Source: Bugula neritina
Taxonomy: Eukaryota > Animalia > Bryozoa
Assembly (NCBI GenBank): GCA_964035545.1
Contig: OZ037770.1
Coordinates: 248,001-312,000 of the forward strand
DNA length: 64,000 nt
Reading direction: 5' to 3'
Shown: piece after piece, positions 50,301-61,600 of the stretch
How the letters are laid out: the number at the start of each line of letters is the position of its first letter
How positions within the stretch are numbered: the first letter of the stretch is position 1
Notes under the pieces: generated by a model
What the model was told of the DNA's origin: nothing
The model's input: the letters and a program-made list of their open reading frames with translations, nothing else
Databases searched by the model: none
Program-made: the position numbers and the translations under genes

Positions 50301-53300
50301 TGTATAGTAATAGTAACTACTGTATAGTAATAGTAAGTACTGTATAGTAATAGTAAGTACTGTATAGTAAGTACTGCTTAGTAAGTGTTGTATAGTAAGT
50401 ACTGTATAGTAAGTACTGTATAGTAAGTACTGTATAGTAAGTACTGTATAGTAAGTACTGTATAGTAAGTACTGTATAGTAATAGTAAGTACTGTATAGT
50501 AATAGTAAGTACTGTATAGTAAGTACTGTATAGTAAGTACCAGGGTTGGGGTAATTGTAATTTGTAATTGTAATTGGTTGTAATTAATTACATTTTTTCA
50601 AGTAATTGAATGTAATTTGTAATTGATGTATAAAAATGTAATTGTAATTGTAATTGTAATTAATTACATTGCTAATGTAATTGAATTTTACAATTACTTT
50701 ATAATTACATGTCAATTACTTCAAACTTTTAAATCTTGAAAAATCATTCTTTTCCTACCATATCTACTGTTAAATAACAAGTTCAGATTAAGTCAATATA
50801 GTATAGGGTCATTCCATGCTAACTCACCACATGGCCGGTGCCTTTGTGTCTCAGAGTTTGTTCATATTTACACCAAATAGGCCTACATATGTCCTGAGTA
50901 CTCTTCTTAAATATTTTTGGCCTGACAGAAAACTTTTTGAGAAATGACTACATTTGTGGACAAAGGTTGGGAAAAACTTTAAGGAAAATTGGTGATTTCT
51001 ACTTTTAGAGCAATTTATAAATGTCTATATCTCAACCATTTTTCTAGACTAAGTCTTAAAATTTGCTGTGCGATTTGATAATACCTATCAACTTGCAGTA
51101 GTAGCAACACATACTACAGAACAATTTGTGTGCATATATGCTAAACCATGGAATATGGGCAGATTTTTGTAAATTTTGAAAAATTTTTAAATGTCCCCCA
51201 CATCAATGTTTAAGGCTCAGTCTAAAACATGGTTAAGATATAGACATTTATAAGTTGGTCTAAAAGTAGAAATCACAAATTTTCCTCAAAATTTTTCCCA
51301 ACCTTTGTCCACAAATGTAGTCATTTCTCAAAAAGTTTTTGTGTCATGTCAGAAATATTCACGAATAGTACACCGGACATGTGTAAATATAAGCAAAATC
51401 TGAGAAGCAAAGGCATGGGACCCCTTAAAATTTGGTTGATTTAGCATGGATTGACCCTATAGTGTCACTATTGGGAGCAAAGGAGGTTCACCACTGTCAA
51501 CATTGCCCCTGGTAGTTGGACCCTAGAAATGACATTGTATAACTTCTATAGTTATCCCTTGTGAGAACAAAAGTAATTGTAATTGTAATTAATTACATTA
51601 CCATGTAATTGTAATTGTAATTAATTACATTACCTTTTGACTGTAATTATAATTGTAATTGTAATTGACAAATCTTCATGTAATTGTAATTGTAATTAAT
51701 TACATTTACATGTAATTGACCCCAACCCTGGTAAGTACTGTATAGTAAGTACTCTGTAGTAAGTACTGTATAGTAAGTACTGTATAGTAAGTACAGTATA
51801 GTAAGTACTGTATAGTAAGTACTGTATAGTAAGTACTGTATAGTAAGTACTGTATAGTAAGTACTGTATAGTAAGTACTGTATAGTAAGTACTGTATAGT
51901 AAGTACTGTCTACACTGCAGATAGGAGAATGGGACGTCATTCAAGAATCTGGTCAGGAGCTAACTCCCCTGTATGGCCCGGGATACACTGGGATGCGTAA
52001 CCTTGGCAACAGTTGCTACCTCAACAGTTGTGTGCAAGTTCTCTTCAATATCCCCGACTTTATTAACAAGTAAGCAATATATGTATACTTATTACCCCCC
52101 CCTGTTCACACATTGCCGTACCGTACACCGTAACAGCAAATGTCCGCCATCTTTGGTAATATCTGGGCTGAATCGTACCCCGGTATACGCTGCGGCGTTC
52201 ATCAAGCAGTGCTTAATTCAAAAAGTCACGGCGGGCTCCCATTGGGTAGAGTTGATCTGGTACTAAAATTTAAAGAACATTTACGCTAGTTTATTTTAAT
52301 CGCTGGTTATGATTGGTCATAGCTCAACGTCATCCGTTGTCTACTCTATCCAGATATCCTACTCAAGCGAGTCACTACTTCAGCCAAACCGAACTCTCCG
52401 CTGCTGCTCATAGTTTCAACTTTCAAATGGCAAAACTAGGTCAAGGCCTCTTGAGTGGAGACTATTCTAAGGAGAGTGACCCAAACTCGGAGTACGCGGT
52501 GAGTTGTCTGTCCCAGGAGGAGCAAACTCCCAATAGAAACTGCTCTGTCTCTCCACTGAACAGCAGATCTGTACTCTTCGTGTGTGATGCATCTATTCCT
52601 GTGGTTACAGGTGCACAACGGGATCTCCCCGAATCTCTTCAAGTTAGTAGTGGGTCAAGGTCACCACGAGTTCTCCAGTAAGAAGCAGCAGGATGTCCAC
52701 GAATATCTCCTTCATCTCTTCATGCACATAGAGGTCAGTGTGAGACCTTGCCTATACTCTCTCAGTCTATACTCTCTCAGTCTATACTCTCTCAGTCTAT
52801 ACTCTCTCAGTCTATACTCTCTCAGTCTATACTCTCTCAGTCTATACTCTCTCAGTCTATACTCTCTCAGTCTATACTCTAAATCTCGGACTTCCTTTAC
52901 TTGTAGAGAAATAGTAGAGGTAAAGAAAATCCACTGGATAGCCTCAGATTCAAAGTGGAGGAGAGAAGGCAGTGTACAGAGTCCAAGTGTGTCAGGTAGG
53001 TACTCAGTCTATGCTCTGCACGAGTCTATTCTACTCTTCAGCTTCAACTTCCTGTTTGAACGTTTCGTTTCCTCTCACCACTCGTGTGTCTTACAGCTAC
53101 ACAGACGTGAGCGATAACTACATCCTCTCACTTCCTGTTCCCATGGAGCATGCTCAGAACACAGAGGAAGTGGCCAAGTATGAGAAGTTGCAGCGGGAGT
53201 TGTCTGACCAAGGGAAACACATCACAAAACCCAGCGAGATAGTTCGACCAATCATATCTCTTAAATCTTGTCTCAACGCGTTCAGGGCTGCCGAGATGAT

Positions 53301-56066
53301 TGACGACTTTTACAGCAGCGCGGCGAAACGCAAAGTAACAGTGTCTAAGTAAGTGTGATACTGTATAGTAACAGTTTATAAGTAAAAGTGATACTGTATA
53401 GTAACAGTCTCTAAGTAAGTGTGATACTGTATGGTTACAGGTGCAGCTCCATAAAGACGTTTCCCCCTTATTTGCTGCTGCACATGAGGAAGTTCACGAT
53501 ATCCGAGAACTGGACACCCAAGAAGTTGGGTAAATATTTGTATCCCACAATTCTCTTCTCTATTCATAGATATATCCCACAATTCCCTTCTCTACTCATA
53601 GATATATCCCACAATTCTCTTCTCTACTCATAGATGTATCCCACAGTTCTATTTTCCTCTCTTTCCAGACGTCTCATTGGTGGTGCCAGATGTCCTTGAC
53701 CTGACCTCCTTCAAAGGTCAAGGTAGACAGACTGGCGAAGAGGAGTTCCCTCCTGATGATCGTCCTGATGCCTCTGCCACCCCCGAGGTCGTACTGGATG
53801 AGGGGGTCATATCCCAGCTGATGGACATGGGCTTCGGCTTGGAGAGCTGCAAGAGGGTGCGTGGAGTAGTACTATTCACTCTGTCACTATTCACTCTGTC
53901 ACTACTCACTCTATCACTACTCACTCTGTCACTACTCACTCTATCACTACTCACTCTGTCACTACTCACTCTATCACTCCTTTACTACTTACTCTGTCAC
54001 TACTCACTTTATCACTACTCACTATATCACTACTCACTCTGTCACTACTCACTCTATCACTACTCACTCTGTCACTACTCACTCTGTCACTACTCACTCT
54101 ATCACTACTCACTCTATCACTACTCATTCTATCACTACTCACTCTATCACTACTCACTCTGTCACTACTCACTCTATCACTCCTCACTCTGTCACTACTC
54201 ACTCTATCACTACTCACTCTATCACTACTCACTCTATCACTCCTTTACTACTTACTCTGTCACTACTCACTTTATCACTACTCACTATATCACTACTCAC
54301 TCTGTCACTACTCACTCTGTCACTACTCACTCTATCACTACTCACTCTGTCACTACTCACTCTGTCACTACTCACTCTGTCACTACTCACTCTATCACTA
54401 CTCACTCTATCACTACTCACTCTATCACTACTCACTCTGTCACTACTCACTCTATCACTACTCACTCTGTCACTACTCACTCTGTCACTACTCACTCTAT
54501 CACTACTCACTCTATCACTACTCACTCTATCACTACTCACTCTGTTACTACTCACTCTATCACTACTCACTCTGTCACTACTCACTCTGTCACTACTCAC
54601 TCTATCACTACTCACTCTGTCACTCACAGAACTATAGTTAGTGTCATATTCAAGGATTGTCTTCTCCTGAACAGGCAGTTTTCCACACAAAGAATACCGG
54701 TGCTGAGTCAGCAATGAACTGGATCATGGAGCACATGGGAGACGCTGACTTTGCTGACCCTTTCGTCCCACCAGGTGCTGCCGCTTCCTCCAAGTCTCCC
54801 TTCGTGGCTGACGAGAACGGTCTCCAGCTGCTTATGGCGATGGGCTTCTCTAGCGACCAGGCTGTGCGCGCTCTCAAGGCTACGGTGTGTTTAGTATACA
54901 CAGTATAGTATACACAGTATATAATACACAGTATAGTAATACACAGTATAGTATATACAGTATAGTAATACACAGTATAGTAATACACAGTATAGTAATA
55001 CACAGTATAGTATACACAGTATAGTAATACACAGTATAGTAATACACAGTATAGTATACACAGTATATAATACACAGTATAGTAATACACAGTATAGTAT
55101 ATACAGTATAGTAATACACAGTATAGTAATACACAGTATAGTAATACACAGTATAGTATACACAGTATAGTATATACAGTATAGTATACACAGTATAGTA
55201 ATACACAGTATAGTATACACAGTATAGTAATACACAGTATAGTAATACACAGTATAGTAATACACAGTATAGTATATACAGTATAGTAATACACAGTATA
55301 GTAATACACAGTATAGTATATACAGTATAGTATATACAGTATAGTAATACACAGTATAGTATACACAGTATAGTAATACACAGTATAGTAATACACAGTA
55401 TAGTAATACACAGTATAGTAATACACAGTATAGTAATACACAATATAGTAAAACACAGTATATGACCTTGACCTTAGGATAATAACCCGGAGAGGGCGAC
55501 TGATTGGATATTCAGTCACGGGGATGACTCACCCTCAGAGGAAATGGAAACAGAAGAGACGACTCCTACTTCTAGTCAGTGCAGAGACTCATCTGGCAGT
55601 GAGTATATTATATTACTATATTACTATATTACTATATTACTACACACTATGTTACATAGCAGTATGTTACAAGCTAGTATATTACAAGGTAGTATACTAC
55701 AAGGTAGTATATTACAAGGTAGTATATTACAAGGTAGTATATTACGAGGTAGTATATTACAAGGTAGTATATTACGAGGTAGTATATTACAAGGTAGTAT
55801 ATTACAAGGTAGTATATTACAAGGTAGTATATTACGAGGTAGTATATTACAAGGTAGTATATTACAACATATTATATTAATATCTCACAGAATACAGACT
55901 GAAGGCGTTCATAAGTCACATGGGCACGTCCACCGATGTCGGCCATTACGTCTGTCACATCAACAAAGATGACCGCTGGGTCATCTACAATGACGAGAAG
56001 GTCGCTGAGTCGAAGAACCCGCCCAAAGACCTAGCCTACGTGTACCTCTATGAAAGTATGGACTAA
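44320..56066 (+). CDS. USP5: Ubiquitin carboxyl-terminal hydrolase 5 (isopeptidase T; USP5/USP13 family)
   Basis: 18 exons: 44320-44418, 45169-45291, 45367-45421, 45535-45653, 45741-45847, 45963-46100, 46457-46560, 46659-46798, 51921-52069, 52354-52498, 52611-52733, 52907-52995, 53097-53348, 53441-53529, 53669-53856, 54675-54884, 55478-55598, 55891-56066. Motifs: [13 protein letters not shown]; Zn[20 protein letters not shown]...GSGGNNHA...[29 protein letters not shown]; Cys box [16 protein letters not shown]; QQDVHEY; two UBA domains (LMDMGF, LMAMGF); His box [16 protein letters not shown]...[15 protein letters not shown] near 56290. Confidence 0.97.
46128..46456. repeat. Intronic ~21-25-bp repeat (TATATACAGATACTGAG); the last copy supplies the acceptor AG
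   Basis: Tandem copies ending ATACAG|ATATCAC. Confidence 0.92.
50541..51730. mobile_element. hAT-like non-autonomous DNA transposon with 8-bp TSD
   Basis: TIR CAGGGTTGGGG / CCCCAACCCTG. TSD GTAAGTAC at 50533-50540 and 51731-51738. Subterminal (GTAATT)n arrays at both ends. An 8-bp TSD with CAG termini is typical of hAT elements. Confidence 0.88.
50806..51457. mobile_element. Foldback MITE nested inside the hAT element, flanked by TATA
   Basis: TIR GGGTCATTCCATGCTAA / TTAGCATGGATTGACCC. TATA on both sides. Long internal inverted repeat (about 50930-51040 vs 51229-51340). Superfamily not determined. Confidence 0.85.
52752..52880. repeat. Intronic minisatellite, 15-bp unit (TATACTCTCTCAGTC)
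   Basis: Tandem copies. Confidence 0.93.
53870..54625. repeat. Intronic minisatellite, 15-bp unit (CACTACTCACTCTRT)
   Basis: Tandem copies; same family as 61186-61752. Confidence 0.95.
54893..55462. repeat. Intronic minisatellite, 14/15-bp unit (ACACAGTATAGTAAT)
   Basis: Tandem copies. Confidence 0.95.
55665..55868. repeat. Intronic minisatellite, 15-bp unit (GTAGTATATTACAAG)
   Basis: Tandem copies. Confidence 0.93.
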
Positions 56067-56602
56067 GGCTACACTCAGCCAGATGTTAGGAAACTGGGCT
56101 AATCTGTCACGGACTCCTTTATGTTATTTAGTGACCCGCCCGTGCGTATGTAAGCTAGCTTGTTAGCTGTAGTTACTTTATATACTTGCTGATTTGTTTC
56201 TCTGTATAAGCTGTATGCTGATTGGCCGTAGTTTAATAGGACAGCCAATCAGCTTCAAGTATCTAATCTCTGTATTCTATTCACTATTTAATAAATAAAC
56301 TACTTGATGTTTCTACAAACATTTCGGAATTTTCTTGTCCTGAATACAACTCAACTCTTCTAGATTCACCAGTTGGTCAACTCTCTGTATATTCTCAGTA
56401 GGTTACCTCCCCTGTATAACAAAACCTGATTTATTTAACCTATTCTATGTTGAACTGATAAGAATAGTAAATATCCATTTTGTTGAATTGATAAAATTAT
56501 CCCAAATAGAAAATTGCATTCTGGGTATATGCTTCGAAAACTGTGAAAAAGATTTGAATATCATGTGGTGTTTGATACTAGAACAGTTGGCAATTAATCC
56601 CC

Positions 56603-56784
56603 TTTGTGTCTGGGAGTATCCCCCTTGTGTCTGGGAGTATCTACCTTGTGTCTGGGAGTATCCCCCCCCCGTGTGTCTGGGAGTATCCCCCTTGTGTCTG
56701 GGAGTATCTACCTTGTGTCTGGGAGTATCCCCCCCCCGTGTGTCTGGGAGTATCCCCCTTGTGTCTGGGAGTATCTACCTTGTG
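56603..56784. repeat. Intergenic 21-bp tandem repeat (CTTGTGTCTGGGAGTATCCCC) with higher-order 3-unit periodicity
   Basis: Tandem copies. Confidence 0.9.
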
Positions 56785-58699
56785 GTAGTACCTGCATATA
56801 TATTACCTACTATATAAGGTAATAAACACATGACATCAGTACTGCCAACAGCTCTTGTAATGGCGGAGGGTAAGTAAATGTTACCTTCTATACTGAAGCT
56901 GTTTGTACTCTCCTATCTACCAGTTGCCATGGTTACTATCTACACTCCGATATAATTGTTTTACTTTCATTAGCAGAACATGTGGTGTGATTACACCGGT
57001 GCTTCTCGGACCACATGGCTCTACTGGTAAGACTCTTGTTTATTCTTACAGGTGTATAATTTGCATCTCTTCCATTATTATTCTGAATAATTTTGTCTTT
57101 TATTGTAGAAGGGAAAAGAAGAAGTATTTCTCAAAAGGGTGGACAACTCCAGAGTGAGTTCAGTAGATATATTTTATACTAATTAGATTATTGATAAGAC
57201 ATTATCTTCACACCTCCAACAGTAAGCTTACCGTTGTCATAGTGATGAGAAGGTAATCAATAATCAATTAAGACTTGAGACAATGTTCTATTGTGTCTCT
57301 ATTGTCTGTATATATTGAGATATTGACTGTCTATTGGTTTGTATTGTTGAGAGTTTAAACTGTGTAGTTTCTGTAACTCCCAGCCAGCACTCTGTAGTTA
57401 GCTCTTTAGTGATACAAGCATCTGGTGACAGACTTCAGTTCCCTATCATACATCACTTGTAGTGTAAACAAACCATAGTTCAGTGCAGACGTCATTTTCA
57501 TTCCTATAAAAGTTCTAGAAACCTCCCACTATTTCTAAGCTTTGTTTACTCTATCAACTCACTAATATGTTCTTATAAGAGGCATGCTTTAATGATTAAC
57601 TTGAACAATTCTATGACTCAATACATGTTAACTTCTGTGAGGTGTCCCTAGGGGCACTATTACCTTTGGTTGAAAACATCTATTTTATAAACTCGGCAAA
57701 ATTCCTTTATTTAAACTCCAAACACATGAGAAAAGTTTTGCATCTGAAGCCAAATACGGGACGAAGTTTGAATATTGAGATCTTCAGACATATATCAGAT
57801 TTCCTAACTTTCACCCCAGAGAGCTCACAGGTTTGTGAGCTGGCAGCTAGCCCTGTAAAGGTCAGACATGGGTCACATCTGATCAGATTATTGAAAGAAA
57901 TGATTGATTCAACGGGAGCGTCTATAAACTATGGTTGGTGACGTTACCTAATACACTGGATGAAATCAAAGGAGAGGAATATTGATATTTCTATTGTCTT
58001 ATGTGGCCCAGTTAGTGTCATCATTATTGATGTGATCAATACTGAAGATCAGTTGTTGTGAACACACCTCATCAATAATCAATTATCAAGTGTACACAGT
58101 GCCTGCAACATTTAAAGGGGTTAATTGTTCTTAGTTGAGGCATTAACTAAAAAACGGTTACTTTGAATTTATCCGGCATTTCAGATATTTTTTGTGTTAA
58201 ACACATTGAAAGACTCTAACCTAATAAAGCTAATCTTGCAATAACGTTTTGATGCACACCCCCCCCCCCTTGTATTGCATGGCAACTGTCTACACCACTT
58301 GCAAATAGGCCTTGTAATTACGACCAAATTGACTAGGTGCATTGATATTGGTGAAACATCAGGTAAACAGGTGAAAGTAAGAGACTCTCAACTTTGTGAC
58401 GAGGTTTTGAGTTCCACTTTTACTGGCACTTAGTTTTATAAATATTCCTTCTTATAAAGGAAACTTGCTGTGAATAGCTTTATTGAAAAATAATTCACTT
58501 AGTATGGCTTCTTATTAAATGACTTTTCCGTGGATTTTGCGACTGACTTTGCTTGGCTCTCTGTGAGTGGATCTCTGTGAGTGGCTCTCTGTGAGTGGAT
58601 CTCTGTGAGTGGCTCTCTGTGAGTGGATCTCTGTGAGAGGATCTCTGTGAGAGAGTAAAGACAGAAGGAAATGAGTAGAAGGTGAGAGACTGACTCACC

Positions 58700-61600
58700 A
58701 TGGAGCACCTGAGAGTAGGTGACACTATCAGGATACCTACAGGAGTGTCTGCTGACTCCGACAACTTCTACCTGCCTGCTGCCAGTCCCGGGGCCGTCTC
58801 CAACTCCTCTGCTCGCACACCTTCCATCGTCTTCATTCACTCACCAAGTCGCAAGAATAGGCTCAACAAATTTCAAGAAGTTCCGAAAATAGGTGCTGGT
58901 AAGTCAAAAATACCAACTTTACAGCGGTCGGTTGTTCCTTCAACATTTCTCCGCACAAACATATACGGCCAACCGGTAAATGTTTCTCAGAAATCTCTGT
59001 CTCAGAACATCAAACCGTCTGCCAGTTTTCCGACAGACAGAGCTACGTATGAACGTCTGTTAACAAACAGCTCTGCGTCGCGTCAGCTGCCGGTTCTGCC
59101 CGCCATAGGAGTCAGCTCTTTAGAGGTCTCGGGGCATTACACTCCTCGGCAGACTCCCACTATGGCTACTAAAGGCACTGGCCACGTAGCTCTTCCACCT
59201 GCCTACAACACAGACACCACTAAGCAGTTTTATCACGTCACTAATGCCAAGCCTGTGTTTCAAATGAAGGCTGAATACAATAACATGATACAGAGATATG
59301 CCAACAATATGGAGGAGCAGTTAAGGGTTCCTCACCAACATCAAGAAGGTGCACCTTGCCGAGGGTGTGGCCGACATGTTTCCGCTCACTCTAACCACAG
59401 CTCTCCAAACACTGCTCCTACCATTCCTCCAGCAGACACAAACTCTGAGCAAAACTACGTACAGCAGTGGTTAGTAAACCCCTCCCACCCCTACCAATTG
59501 CCATCTGAGGAGACTAAAGCTAATGTAGCCTCAGTGCCACTTGTATTCACCACTCCTTCCGTCCCTGCTATTTCAGCCCCAGAGACTAACACAACTTCAG
59601 ATAGGAACACAGTAAAGCAGACTGTGCCCATACGATACACACAGGCCCCAACCCAACAGATCGTAAGTAAAACCTCTGGCAAACTCTTGTCACCTGAAGA
59701 TGCATTAAAAAGAACTTTAAAAAAGAAAAAGATTCCACCTTTGACGAAACGGAACTCTCTACGGAGTATATTCTCTGATGCTAGTAGCAATCTGCAGAAG
59801 ATAGCGGAGGAAATGGAAGAAGACCACGAATCAGGTGGTCTGTCTGTCAGTCAGTCTGTCAACACTAGCGCTCTTCCGTCTGCCACTTCCTACTCTGTAG
59901 CCAGTCGTCAGGTTCGTGTCTGAAGAGGTTTCCTATTGCAGCTGACACAATGTACACCTACATTTCTCATTTATATTTTATCCAATCACTGTTTATCATG
60001 TTCTTCATTTGCCCCTCCAGCTGCACCATTTAGTTGTGTCTATTCAAGTCTTAGTCTTGTTTGTGCTGTACAGTCACTGCTGCTTCTTTGTTCTCTGCAT
60101 TAACTTCTATTTCTTACCTCCATTCACTAGAGTGCTGTGTGAATAAAGCTACACAAAATGTGTAAATTATATATTTTAAATCATTCAATAGCACTTCTGC
60201 CATGCGATTGTTATACATCATAGGCTATTGCTAGTCATACTTACATGCGTTATATTTTCACATAGATTTCATTCACTTTATAATACATATTTTGCTTAGT
60301 CTAAAAAGGTGAAGCAATTTCTTTCATGAGCTACTTGGAAATCTGAATGATAATAGTTTACATTAAATACTAAAATGATTACCCAAACCTACTGTGTCTA
60401 TCTATATTTGCTGTCGGTATGTTAACACCAGAGTGTGGCCGATGGGGACATCAGAATATCTGTTCAGCCAATCAGAGACGGTGCTAGGAAAGTTCTAGAA
60501 AGAGGCTCAGTCTGTCGGACTCATTACGCTCTCCTCTGTCGCCTCGTGGTGGAGGCAGGAAACTTGGTGCTCAACTCTGTCTTCAATAAGATATATCCTC
60601 CACTCAGTCTGGCTGATAATCTCTCCAAACCTCAAGTACAGAAGTCTTTACGGCGTCTCAAATCTCAAGGTAAGTACAGAAGTGTATGTAGTGTAGTAAA
60701 TCTCAAGGTAAGTACAGAAGTGTATGTAGTGTAGTAAATCTCAAGGTAAGTACAGAAGTGTATGCAGTGTAGTAAATATCAAAGTAAGTACAGAAGTGTA
60801 TGTAGTGTAGTAAATCTCAAGGCAAGTACAGAAGTGTATGTGGTGTAGTAAATCTCAAAGTAAGTTACAATGTGTGTGCCTTTCATGACTAAAATGTAAA
60901 ATATAGCTTGATATCTTTATTTAGTTACAAGGAGTTGTCCCATTTCTCCTGCAGGTATTCTCTCTACTCGACACTGGGAGCTCCTTTACCCGAAGAGGAA
61001 ATCTACAGTCACATCTGATAACTTTAGTTCTACACTTTTGGTCATTCTACTCAAGTCAATATGCCACCTCTCCCCACCCTATCCTAACGGGTGGAAAGAC
61101 CTCCCACTTCCTGGAGATAAAGGTCTGTCAGCTGACCTAGCTAGAATCAGCTGGTACAGAAGACATGTTGCTTCCATGGTGAGACAACTCTGTCACTCCT
61201 TTACTACTCACTATATCACTACTCACTCTGTCACTACTCACTCTGTCACTACTCACTCTGTCACTACTCACTCTATCACTACTCACTCTGTCACTACTCA
61301 CTATATCACTACTCACTCTATCACTACTCACTCTGTCACTACTCACTCTGTCACTACTCACTCTGTCACTACTCACTCTATCACTACTCACTCTATCACT
61401 ATTCACTTTATCACTACTCACTCTATCACTACTCACTACTCACTCTATCACTACTCACTCCCTCACTATTCACTCTATCACTACTCACTCTATCACTACT
61501 CACTCTATCACTACTCACTCTATCACTACTCACTACTCACTACTCACTCTATCACTACTCACTCCCTCACTATTCACTCTATCACTACTCACTCTATCAC

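Larger units (their letters stand above)
46799..51908. repeat. ~5-kb intronic satellite of 14/20-bp units (GTAAGTACTGTATA[GTAATA]), USP5 intron 8
   Basis: Begins at the donor; interrupted by a transposon at 50541-51730. Confidence 0.96.

Noticed and set aside
56830-57153. Possible upstream coding exons (MTSVLPTALVMAE|EGKRRSISQKGGQLQ) of the HEPN-CARD gene
   Set aside because: The splice sites look plausible, but I could not link them in phase to the downstream exons. They may be UTR or alternative first exons.
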